Shown piece by piece: positions 12,501 to 24,645 of a DNA stretch of 64,000 bases. The notes under the pieces were generated by a model. The model had not been told where the DNA came from. It worked only from the letters and a program-made list of their open reading frames with translations, and searched no databases. The translations under genes and the position numbers were made by a program. Each line of letters begins with the position of its first letter. Position 1 is the stretch's first letter. Source of the stretch: Callorhinchus milii (Eukaryota); contig NW_024704751.1 of assembly GCF_018977255.1 (NCBI RefSeq), positions 16,306,001 to 16,370,000 of the forward strand. Reading direction: 5' to 3'.

Positions 12501-15500
12501 ATGTGGGGGTTTGAAGGGAGAGGCAGTGCAGATGCCAATTGTAACCCCCCCATAACTGTCCTGAGACTTGCACAGGCCAATGAGGGAAGCTACTGTGTTA
12601 CAGGATGGAGAGTGGATGAGCTGAGAGCAATGAGGTCTTGTATTAGAGAAACCTGTGTGATATCAATATCCTCATTCGAATACAAATCGTTTTGTATATT
12701 GATCTATTGTCCTTGTGATTAATTAGGTGGCATGTCAGTGGGCAGAGCAAGAGAGAGAGTGAGGGAGTAAGTCAGGAGAGAAATCTACAATGACCTTCCG
12801 ATTAATCTAACATAAATTCTTATCACACCCTCCTATATCAGAACCAAATTATTAAGAATGATGATACTGATCTTCACCTGTGTCAGCCTGACTCAGTCAG
12901 TCGCACTCTCTCAAGACAGTCAGAAGCTGGGTGCCCCAAGCTTAGACTTCGAGCTCACAGTCCAGGCTGATGCTCCAGCGCAGTGCTGAGGAGTGGGGAG
13001 TGCTGCATTGTTGGATGTATTGTCCTTCATGTAGTGCATTAAACTGAGGTCCTGTGTGAGGTAGATGTTAAACAACAACAACAACTTCAACAACTTGCAT
13101 TTATTCGGGCGCCCCTCACGCAGGATAGCATCCCGGAGAGCTTGGTCCTGTAACACTTTTGGAAAAGAGAAGGGATTTTAATAATCCTACAGATTAATCA
13201 GCCTTGAGGCTGTGTGAAGATGTTGTATGCAAATCAAATACCACATTTACCTACAAATACACGGTCACTTGACAGCAATTCCCTGTGAGGAACTTTGACA
13301 CATTTTGAAGCTATGTAAAATACACGGATTATTGCTATGTCCATATTGCTATGTACAAACGGACTGATAGCTTTCTCTGTCATCACAGGGGCGTTTACTC
13401 TGCCATCTGCATCGCGGTGGCTTCTTATGGCTTCCTCGTTGCGGCCATCGAACACCGGTCAGTGAGTCAGATGCCTGTGAGCGTGTGTTCCCTCGTGTCT
13501 GAAAATGATCACTTTTATTGATTAATATCAGCTGAAAAAGTGCATACGGTCACTCCTAGGCAACTACTGCACGACAGCCATGTGCACGCATGTGGAGCTT
13601 AGCGATGGTTACCCCGGAGCTCCTGTCCTGATGCTGCTTGGGTGGGTGAGGGGGGGAAGTGATGTAAGGTGTGGTGAGCGTATGAATGCATTTTTCTTGT
13701 TTGTAAACTCTTTGTCTGTGATCACAGGGATGAGTCTGCATCGACCACTTATTATTTTGAGTCGCTCCCGAAACCCACGGAGCATGATCCGACCTCCAAG
13801 CCCCAAAAGACCTCCTCTACGTCCTCCTCTCCTCCTCCATCCCCCTCTCCCTCCTCCCCAGGGTCCTCACTCCAGGAGAAGTGGCTTCCCTACAGGAAGG
13901 TTGAGGGTGAGGAGTTTGAAATGCGGAATAGACAGGTCTGTCAGTCTCAACTCACTTTAATCCTGTTCCTAACCTGGAAGGGAGGGAATGGGAGGGAGGG
14001 GGGATGTGATCCAGGTGGGGGGGGGGGGATACAAGGGTAGGGATAGTGCCGGATTGACCCCCTACCACCCCAGGGCTCGGGATTGTCGGGTAAAATGAGG
14101 GGGTGCTGATTCATGGGGGTGGGGGGGGGCTGTGCATAAAAACATCTGGTATAGTGAAACTTTGTCTGCCTTAAGTGGAACTTCTGAACTGGGCTGCACA
14201 GGTTGTCAGCATTCAGAGCCAATCAAGGGGGCGTTGGGGAGATTTCCCATACACCAAATCTGTCCTGGGGTGGGGCGGGGGCAGTGGCAGGATTGCAGCA
14301 GTTGCACAACTAACTCAGGACCTCTGATGGCAGTGGTGCAGTACTGCATACCGTGCAGTTTGTGCCCAGAATGGGTGACCCTTTGTCGCCCTCCCTCACC
14401 GCTCAGCACTAGGTGACTGTGAGGTGGGTTCAGTGTCTCGCCCGCCCTCTCCTGGTGGTGGTGTTCTCTGGGAAAGTTTGACATGATAAGCTCTGTGTAA
14501 CTGTAATCACTTTATTTCTCCACCACCCCCCCCCTCACCACCCCTCAGGTTGGCCAGAGAGTGGATGAATGTGTTCATGCACTGCAGGTTCTTGAGGATC
14601 TGAACAATGGGCATAATGTGGACAATGTCCTGGAGGGAGGCTTTGATCTGTCCATGCTGAAGGTACCAAAAAAAAGACAATAAATTGGTCACTCAATCCA
14701 TGACTGTTTGTGGGACATTGTGTGCAATTGGCTGCCGGGTTTCACCCACAAAATATACAGTGAATTCATTTTACAGTATATTCTGTGAAGCGCTTTGAGA
14801 CATCTCGAAGACATGATAAGGCGCTATATCAAATGCAAGGATTATTATTATTTTTTATTACCAAACGGGAACGCTTCTCCTGAATGTACGTCCAGGGAAA
14901 CAGCAGGTTCCCCAGGCCAGCCAGCTTCGCTCTCAGCTCACTGATGGGAATAATGTAGGTGTGCTTTGAGCGGATGGTGGGGGCGGTGGGCTCTGAGGCT
15001 TTGAACGATGACAAGGAAGAGGGCTCCAGCCCAGTACAGTGAGACTGTGAATTTGATTGTCTAACTTGCAACACATGCTGCTCCTTCCTGCAGGGTTGTT
15101 TCTCACACCCACTCTTACTTCTCCTCAGGGCTGGATGGATCTGCACAGAGCTACCATCGTGGGCCACTCCTTCGGGGGAGCCACAGCCATCCAGGCCCTG
15201 GCCAAAGACACTAGGTTCAGGTTGGGACTTGACTCGGATTTTCCAGGCAACCAGGGGCAGCGGAACGTGGGATTCCGGGATCGATTTTAAACTAAAGGCG
15301 CTGGGAATCTCCAGGTCAAGCAGCGTGGCAGTTAAGCAATGGGACCATCGATGCCCCATTCCTGCCCCCACCTGAGCGCACATACACACTGAGCAGTGAT
15401 GACACAGCGGGGTGGGGAGGGGGACAATAGGAGTCCTTGTTAATGGTTGCTGATACAAGCTCATTATCCCCAGGGTTCTCTCACGCTGACCCTCCCCCCA

Positions 15501-16736
15501 ACCCCCACTTCTCCCTACATTATAAAGTGCAGTATCTGCCCAGCCGGGTGTAAGCTGCTGTGTGTATCTTGTCAGGTGTGCTGTGGTCCTGGACGGATGG
15601 ATGTTACCCCTGACGGATGAGACGTGTTCCCAGGTGCAGAAACCCATTTTTCTTATAAACTCTGAGAAATTCCAGACACAGGACAGCAAGGAGCGGATAG
15701 AGCGACTGTGCTCCCAAAACAGCCAAAGTAGAGTGATCACCATCAAGTGAGTGCTGGGGGAGGGAGGGACTATCCCTGAGGTGGGGGCTATCTGGGGAGG
15801 GAGGGGCTGATTCATAATTTATCTTGGAATTCCATCCAGTCTCAGCCTGAGAGATTTTTTAGGCTTGAAATTTAAGGCGGAAAATTGTGGATGTGTTGGT
15901 GGAGGTATGTGCGTGTGGGGTAAGGGGGTCGGGTTGTGTGTGGAAGGGTGTCGGGGTGTGTGTGGGGTGGGTCGGGGTATGTGGGGGTGGGGGTTATGGG
16001 GTGTGTTCGGGGTGTGTGCGGGGGGGGTTTCAGGCTGCGCGGGGTGGTTTGGGCTGCGCGGGGGAGGTTCGGGGTGTGTGTGAGGGTGGGGGGGTTCAGG
16101 GTGTGCTGGTGGGGAGGAGTCAGGGTAGGTGGATGTGCTGATGATGCCATGTTCTGGTTACAGGGGATCAGTGCACCAGAGCCATACGGATTTCACCTTT
16201 TTGACCTTGAAGCCTCTAAACGTTGTGTTCGAAATAAAGGGGACAATAGACTCCATGCTCGGGCTGGACATCACTAACCATGCCATGTTGGCATTCCTCC
16301 AGCGTCAGCTTGGTAAGAGCACCCCCGCCCCCCTCTTCCCCCCCCCCCCTTTCCCCGCACCGCAGTCACCAGTGTAGTTGGATGGTAATTTAATGGCAGA
16401 TTCTAAAATTGCCTCCATCATTTGTAATAAACATGCACAGACTGGGGGTGGGGGGGGGCGAAGAGACTGAGTTTGTGGTGTGGGTGAGAGATATTGTGCG
16501 GATGGATTGCAGAAAAGTGGGCAGGTGAATGGGGGTATTACACTGGACCGACTGGGTGTGTGGGGAGGGGGCGGGGAACAGAGAATGTGAGGCAATTCCT
16601 CAGCTGACCAGGGCTTTATTGAAATCTCTCTTGCTCCTCAGATCTGCAGAAGGATTTTAACAAATGGGACGATCTTGTGGAGGGTCTTGGGGAGCACTTG
16701 GTGCCGAGACCGGCCCCGAGTCAGGCCGGCCCGTAG
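9544..16736 (+). CDS. PAFAH2: Platelet-activating factor acetylhydrolase 2 (409 aa, 10 coding exons)
   Basis: Exons 9544-9633, 11573-11720, 12293-12386, 13389-13457, 13728-13935, 14549-14662, 15129-15220, 15576-15746, 16164-16312 and 16642-16736. All introns are GT-AG with compatible phases, giving 1230 nt. Motifs include N-terminal MG (myristoylation site), FSHGLGAFR, nucleophile GHSFGG, LDGW (catalytic Asp) and [10 protein letters not shown] (catalytic His). Confidence 0.95.
9945..10273 (-). mobile_element. Full-length tRNA-derived SINE
   Basis: On the minus strand: head GGAGTCCTGTAGCTCAGTGGTTAGAGCACTCGCTTTGCAAG (A box), B box GAGTTCAATTCC, body, L2-like 3' hairpin and (ATT)n tail. Nearly identical to the copy at 44749-45080. 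Confidence 0.85.
15890..16130. repeat. GT-rich low-complexity repeat in a PAFAH2 intron
   Basis: Degenerate GGGGTGTGT units. Confidence 0.7.
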
Positions 16737-18689
16737 CTGTTAGGCACAGCTTTGGGCTGAGCAGGAGGTTTGGTGAGATTGTGATTCAGGAGGTATCTAA
16801 ACATGGTGCAATGTCAAAGAGTCCTGGTGGGGGTTGGGGGGTTTGAGGAGAGAGAGGGAGATCCTTCTTCAGTTCCATTTCCAGTTACACCCTCCGATTC
16901 CCAAATGTATCAGGTCTGTTCCCATACAAGTCTCCTTCCTCCACCAATCCTGAATCCCAAACTCCAGGAATCCTGCTCGTTACCCAGACCGTGAAACTGA
17001 AGTTTGGATATTTCCAAACTGATTGCACTCCCCCCACCCTCTCGGGCTTCATGTCCTGAGCTGTTATTCTAACTTGAGCCAATGACTCTGTTCTTTTAAA
17101 AACACCAGCAAATTGCATTTATATAGCAGCTTTCACGTCTGGAGGACGTCCCAAGGCTTTCAAGTTTCTCTTCAGATATTTCTTCAATTCCCTTTTAAAT
17201 GTGACTTTTCTCTCAGGTTCATCAACCACTTGGGATAATGTGTTTCATGTTCTAATATGCCCTCTATGTGTAAAAGTTTCTAATCTCCACCTTAACTCTT
17301 CCAGTCACAATCCTGAATTCATAACTTGTTACAGATTCTCCATCCAGTGGGAATAATCTTCCATTATCAATACTGTCAAAACCTTTTAGAATGATCAAGA
17401 CCTCTATACCTTCCCCTCTTACCCTCTGTGTTCCAGGTAAAACAGCCTCAATATTTCAGGGCTATCTTCCCAACTATAATGCCTCGTCCCAAGTGTCATT
17501 CATATGGGTGTACGCTGTACTCTCTGCATTGGCTCTGATGTCATGTGTAAAATGGGGACCCAGATCTGCACACAGTGACCACAGAGGCTTGACCACCAGT
17601 ATAAATACAACAACAACTTGCATTTATATAGAGCTCTTCACGCGGAGTAGGATCCTGGAGCACTTCAATGCAGGCACTGTGTGCAGATTGGAGTGTCTCA
17701 TTAACACAAGTGACTGTGTAATATTAAATGAGACATCTTTCCTAATCTTTTTGTCCATTCTCATTGGGAATAATCAGAGCTTTTCTGCTTTCCTCCATTC
17801 CCCCATGTGAAGCGCTTTGAGAAACCTGCTTGTAAGGTGCCGTGTCAAATGTGAGGATAATTTAACACAAGTGACAAGACACAGCCTCGCTTTATTCCTT
17901 ACAAGGTTTTGAGGGATTGGCGTCCTCTGCTGTCCATGTCTGTGAAGTTTAGCTGCTCGTTTCAGTCAGTCAGACTCTCCACAAGGCGACGCTATATGTG
18001 CACCTCACCAAAGCGCTATTTACATTATTTGGAAAGACTAAAGCACATTTACAGCTGCTCCTCAGCACAGATCCGAGACAGAATAAAGTCCCAGGACAAG
18101 TATATACAAAACATACATCTGCACAGGTACACATACACGCAGACTCCGATGGAAAAACATAGATGTGCACAAACACATTTTTCTCCTGTAAAACCTCAGA
18201 ATAAGTGAGCCGGGAATGGTTGCGAGATAATAACAAGAAAATATCAAGAAAATATAACACCATATGTCAGAATGCTTCACATTTTTTTGTAAAATGTAGT
18301 GACTGTATTTGTTTCCTGGAATGGAAACAAATGTAATTTTGTTGTTGTTGTGAGCTATTACTCAATTTGCACACATCAGTGTCGCGTAACCAGCCATGTA
18401 GTGAATTACTTTTTTTATCTGGAGTATTGTTGGCCAGGATACTGGCAGAAACTCTCTCCTGTCTTGAAATAGAGCTGTGGGATCTTTGACATCCATCTGA
18501 ACAGATACAGAAGGGACTAGGTTTGGTAACATCATAATTCTCTTGTATTTGTAGGGAAGAAATACAGTTGGATTTTTTTGTGAATCTTATCAGGGGAAGT
18601 TGTTTGTTGTGGCTTTTCAATTCACCTTAGACCCGAACGGTCAGCAGAGATTTCACATTTACCAAAGAGGTGAACTGCAGTGGAATTCC

Positions 18690-19062
18690 ATTAGCATAGT
18701 GGTTAGTGCCTTGCAAGCGAGAGGATCCGGCTTTGATTCCCAGGCAGGGCGAAACCTTAGGCAAGTTTCCTTACTCCACACACCTGTTTACCCAGCAGTA
18801 AGTCGGAACCCGGTTCTTAGTTGCTTAAGCCCTCTCCCACACACACACAAAAAAAATAATTTGGTCACTCAAAACCATGACTGTTTGTGGTACTATTAAC
18901 AACAACAAGATTACATTTGTAAAGCACAGTTACACTGCTGTAAGCAGTTGGCTGCTGCGTTTCGCCCACAAAATATAGTCAATTCACTTTACAATATATT
19001 CTGTGAAACACTTTGAGACATCTCAATAATGTGATAAGACGCTGTAATCAAAGGATTATTAT
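18690..19062 (+). mobile_element. Diverged tRNA-SINE copy
   Basis: TAGCATAGTGGTTAG A box, TTTGATTCC B box, AAACCTTAGGCAAGTTTCCTTACTCCACAC body and AAGGATTATTAT tail. Confidence 0.65.
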
Positions 19063-19169
19063 ATGTTTAAATGGGGGGGAATCCTTATGTGTAGAAATAG
19101 ATGGTCACTCCATTCCACAGTAAATCTTGTGAAGTGTTTTTAGACATCCATCTGATGTGCAAGGATTAT

Positions 19170-19690
19170 TATTTGTGTGTGAGAAGGGTTTATGTGTGTA
19201 TGGGAGTATGGCAATGTGAATCTGGAATGTATGAGGTGTATGTGTGGGGGAGGGGATGTCTGAGTATATCTGTGTGAGGTGGGAGCGGTGTGTGAGGTGG
19301 GGGGGTGTGTGTCTATGTGAGGGTGTGTGTGGGGGGTGTGCGGTGGTGTGTGTCTGTGGTGTGTGTGTTGGGGGTTGTGGCATGTGTGTTTCTGTGTGAG
19401 GGTGTATGTGGGGTGTGTATGTGTGTTTGTGTGAAGGGGTGTGTGGTGGGGAGGCGTGTATCTGTGTGAGGGTGTACGTGGTGTGTGTGTGTGTGCATGC
19501 GGTGGTGTGTTTCTGTGTGTGTCTTGTGTGAGGTTGTGTGGGGTGGGGATTGCGATGGTGTCTGTGTGGGGTGTATTTGCGTGGGGGGGTGCGGTGAGGG
19601 TTTCTGCGTGGGGTGTGTGTGTCTGCATGGGATGTGTGTGTCTGTGTGAGGGTGTGTATGTGAGGGGGTGCGTTGTGTGTGTTTGTGAGA
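19170..19690. repeat. (GT)-rich low-complexity repeat
   Basis: Long degenerate TG/GGTGTGT array. Confidence 0.85.
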
Positions 19691-20249
19691 GAGCTCAGAC
19701 TCTCTGCTCCATGTCTGCTCTCTAAACGGAGCCAACAGTTGTTATGGAAACGGTTCATCTGGGACGAGGGTTATATGTTTTTCCTCAAACCAGACAGTGA
19801 CGTGTGACTGAAGCGGTTACAAACACACAATGTATTTCTGGAACGTTCTGCAATGAGGAGGAAAGAAATGTATAATTCATAATATGCTTAAAAAAGACTT
19901 GATTTGCAGCACAAATTATCCCTGAATCTCGATTCATCCGACAGCCAGAGAGAGTTTCTCAAACACAAAGCAATCCGGGTAATAACGAACATATGGGCGG
20001 GTGGGATGGGGGTGTGCGCGAGGAGGGACAGAAATGGGGTGGGAGGCTCAGTTTGTTTATAAATAGGAATTGGATCATTTAGTTCCAGCCTCACCGCAAT
20101 CTCCACACGTGCCTTTGACATGAAACATTTATGATGCCTTGTTTTGACCCTTGTTTTTATTTGACTGTAGACTCATTTTATTTCACTGAGAGTCTCAGTG
20201 ATTTAAAGAGGCAGCAACTTCATGCATAGCCCTATCTGGGCCTTGGAAC

Positions 20250-20455
20250 AACAACAAAATTACATTTGTATAGTGCCTTTCACGTCGGGAGGACGTCCCA
20301 ACGCACTGGACAATCAGTGTTTTGAGCTGGGGGTTGAGATCGGGGAGGCGGGGGGGAAAGGAGGGTGATTGAAGAGGAAGGTCTTGAGACGGGTCTTGAA
20401 GGAGGCAAGGGAGGGGGCGAGGCGGAGGGACTGCAGGATGGAGTTCCAGTGGGGG
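20250..20455 (-). mobile_element. L2 LINE 3' fragment
   Basis: (CAA)n tail and the shared 3' hairpin TTTCACGTCGGGAGGACGTCCC, with the WNSL-equivalent segment GGATGGAGTTCCAG. Confidence 0.65.
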
Positions 20456-23400
20456 GTGAAAGCACACATCTCAGACTGCTCTTTGGAACTTCTCTAAAAT
20501 TTCTCTGATCTTTCTTATTCTGAGCTGTGTTCCTGCTCCACACACCCAGGTCTCTTGCAGACAGAGCAGTAAGGCACGTGACAGGCTGGTCTATGGAGGC
20601 CTGCGGGGCAGAGGCACTGTGTGTGGACCCAGCAGTGCCTCACGTCCTTCAGTCAAACGTCTGTCCTCAACTATGAATCAATTATAATTAGAGATCAGCA
20701 GAATCTGCCCCTGGCAGACGGGATGACACCCTACTGGGTATAAATTTTCTGTCAGTATTAGTTGCTTCCACTGTCGGATTGGGCCCCAATAACTAGCGCC
20801 TGATTAGGGAGGGGGGAAATCACTGCCTGCTTGGCGTCATTGAGACACTTCAACGACGTGTAAAAGCGCTTTGTCAAATGCAAGGATTATTATTGTTGGA
20901 TTTGATATGAAGTGTTCTGGAATGCTGTCCTGGGCACATTATATAAAATTCCTCTCTTTGCCCACTTGCGTCACTTTACGGTCACCACGTGTCACTCAGA
21001 GATGGGTGGCGGCTGGTGTCATATCAGCAGTTTGTTTCTGAGTCTGAGAACAGTGATGGTGGCACAGAGCCACAGCTAACAAACTGCCAGGAATTAAACA
21101 TACAACAGCCCCTTTTTATAGAGTGAAAGATGCTTCACAGAAACACTTTAGTGGTCACAGCTTTTTCTGCAAAGGCCGATTTCCCATCACCCAAAACAGA
21201 GAGAAGGTTCTTGGTCTAATCCAATCCAGGGGTTGGGAGGGGTCTTTTATATTCAGAGTGATTCACAGGGTGGAATTGCTCCCTGGGATGGGATATATGT
21301 GAAATTGTGGCTCCTGTTAAGAAGGAGATGACATCTATAGGGTGTCCACAAAGTCCTCTAACTCCCCCGCCCCCTGTTACAAAGCGGCGATATGAGACTA
21401 TATTTTGAGTGCATTTCGCCTGTCTCTCCTTCCGTGTTACAGAAGGTGTTACACCGAACATGGTGACAGATCATTATCTGCCGTGAAAATGATGGCACTC
21501 ACACCGATCCTCTGGACACCTAAATACAATTAAACACTGGTACGGAATGCAATTCACAATATTTCTAAATTTGTTTATCTTCATTCTTCCACATGTTTCA
21601 GTTGTTGGTCAGTGTACCCAGTACACATAGGGTAACAGGATTTTATGAACACATGGACACCCTGTATGTGCCTGTTTTCTGGTGGGGGGTGGGGGGGGGG
21701 GGGTTGGTAGGCGTGGATACGGTAGCTTTGTTGCTGGGATTTACACATGAGATGCAAATTTACAGAGAAGGGGAGAAACAGTCTGATTTTTGTACGCAGC
21801 GTCACAATACTGTGTACGTTTCGCTCTTTGCAGTGAGTCCCTGGAGTCGGACAAAGAGAGACAAGAGGTCAGTGCGGTTGTGGGACCACTGCTGGAGGGA
21901 GAGGGTTAAACCAATTGTTACAAATGAGCTGCAATCGGCGCAGATGAAAGGCTTTGAGATGTGGTTTCCCCGAGGCTGTTCATATCAATCTCTCCCCCAT
22001 TAATTTCTAATAAAATATAATTGATCAGAAATGCTGTTAAATGTATGGGGAGAGACTCAGGATCAGCTGGCGAGGCTGACGCCGTGGCCAGTAACTATCT
22101 GATACTATATTCACTTATATTCATGCTGCTGCTTCCTTCCAGAAGTTTCCTTGTGGCTCCATCACGTCATCAGGCAGCTACAGGAGTGAGTGGCTCAGCA
22201 CATTCAGTGTCTGAGGATTGTCTCAATCCCCATCTCTCTATTTCTCTCCCATTTTTCTCTGCCTCGCCCTCCTGTTTTCTTTCTCTTTCTCACTCTCTCT
22301 TCCTCTTGCTCAGACTCGCTGCTCGCAGTTTCAAGCATGCCACCGGTCATCTTCCCTCCCTCATCCCCCATTGGCCTCCCTGATCCTTATTTTAAATTTC
22401 ATTCTTCTTGTTATTACACAAAACCTCTAATATAACATTTAATAAGTTTGAGCACCTTGGGACGTCCTCCTGACATGAAAGACGCAATAATAAATGCAAT
22501 TTATTGTTGTTATGACATACGCGCGTGTAAATTCTCGTAATCCCACCAGCCTCCAACTACTGACGTCCACCTCCACCAACTGCTACCACTGAAGCGAGTA
22601 ATGAGATGGGAACACCCCCCACCGTGACCCCGGCTATTGTCACAAACCACACGACCCTCCGATGTAACACAAAGGATCCCTCATCAGTGCTTGTCAGCAC
22701 CGCTCAGTTCCCAGTTGCTCTTTTCCTCTGCGAGGAGAGCAATGATTTGGACCACCCAGTGAGCCCATCTCACTGTCACTCTGAATGGCACGTGTCTGCC
22801 AGAAATACAGCATATGGAGATTCCCAGCAGTAATGTCTCCAAACCCTTACTGTTCAGGTTGTGTATTTCTATCCACTTTCTAAGTCATAAAACTCTGGTT
22901 CCAGTCCTTGTCTGTACTTAATTATCACAGCTACAAGTGGCCTCGGTGTGATTTAGGGAGAGAAAAATATCCAAGGTTCTCACTCAAGGGGCCTCATATT
23001 TCCATATCAGATCTGAAACCCACATTTAGAAATCTGAATAATGATCCGTAACTGGCTGGAGGCTGAGAGGAAGAAGACACTGGCTGCACGATACCCTTGC
23101 TCATGTAGCACAGTAGAGGCCATTTCTTCATCCACACAATATAATAGCTACATTTCCTATATTAACCACATTAGGAGAGGTAACAGGATACACGATTAGC
23201 AGATTCATTTCAAATGACAAATCCATCCAATGCATAATATGTGCATTGATCCACTTAGACTAATCATTGCATGTTGGGAATACACCAGATTAAGATTCCA
23301 TAATGGTTTTATCCACAAGTAAATCCTCACCAAACAACAACAATAATCTGCATTTATATAGTGCTCTTCAGCGGGGTAGCATCTTGAAGTGGTTAAAATG

Positions 23401-24309
23401 CAACTTAGATTTCTTTCATTCATTAAGGCATCTCTTTACAATGAGGTGTTATTTGTCTGTAAGGGAATGTTGCTAGCTCAACATCTTGCACAACTTAAGT
23501 CAGTTCAGCATCGAACTTGGGTCCAGGAAGTTTTGAATACTGAGAGGTCCACTTAGCCCTGATATGCTTTCACTGGCTTCAGGACCCACAAGATGCTACC
23601 TAGGCAGGACATCCCATTCTGACCATTTACTTTTCCTCACAAAGAAGCACAATCACTATCTCGGTCTGGGCAGAGTGCGGATTGTGTCTCAGTGACCGTG
23701 CAGATTGAACACCATATTCGAGAACCAACACATTCCCCATTTACTTTGTGTTTCAATATCATTCTCCCTGGTTCCAGCTGAGGATACGTGTTTCAAGCTA
23801 TTGTTACTTTAAATCTAATATTATTAGAGTGGTTTCTCCTTTATGCATCCAGTTCCCATTCATTCTCCTGTGCACTTCCCCTGGGTATAAAGAGTGACAG
23901 ATGCCACAGTGACCCTCGCATGTGATCCTGGCAAAATGATCTCCCATAGAAATAGCTCAGACACCAGGGGATGAGGATGTGCATCTGCCATTTTCTGTGG
24001 TGGAGCTGCCTGAAGATGGTCGAGGCGACCCGAGTCTTAACGACTTATTCAAAAATGGGATGAAAGGCGGGAAGAACAGGAATGCTGTTCGTGATTGACA
24101 CTCCTTGCCGAAGCTTGCTTCTGGTTCACAAGCTGACAGCCTACCAGGCGGATACACAGTCACTGCACTTGACAGCAATTACCGGCGAAGTCCTGGAGAC
24201 AATTTAGACTTGAAAGACAAAAGCAGTTATAATCACAACAACAACAACAACAACAACCAACAGCAACAGTGATTGCAATCCCCATGACCTGCCCAAATCT
24301 TAGCAGTGA

Positions 24310-24645
24310 ATGAGCCGCGCATGCGCACTGAACAAAAACAGCGAGAGAAAAAAATCCGGGCGAGTCACGTGACTCCCAATTAAGAGGCTCGCTGGGGTTC
24401 GTGCGACCAATCAGCGGCCGCCCGCTGGGCAGCCGCCAACCAATCGTGGAGCCCCAGTCTCGGGAACGGACCAATCAGCGAGGCCCGGGCTGCAGCCAAT
24501 CGACCGAGGGCCGTGCAGGCCGGCGGCCAATCGCGAGGCCGACAGCGCGTCACGTGAGGACCCGTGGCAGTTTTTATTCGGCGGCGGGAGAGGGCGCGAG
24601 ACGGTTTGTGCGGAAAGCGGGGACGCGGTCACTCACGGAGACGGG
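24310..24645 (+). promoter_or_regulatory. Promoter and non-coding exon 1 of stathmin copy A
   Basis: NRF1-type GCGCATGCGC near 24317 and palindromic E-box GAGTCACGTGACTC at 24362-24375. Six CCAAT boxes at 24376, 24407, 24440, 24471, 24496 and 24527. Second TCACGTGA near 24550. Donor GGG|GTGAGG after 24645. Confidence 0.75.

Noticed and set aside
14829-15815. 328-aa minus-strand ORF
   Set aside because: It is antisense to two PAFAH2 exons, has no recognisable domain and ends in a SINE tail.
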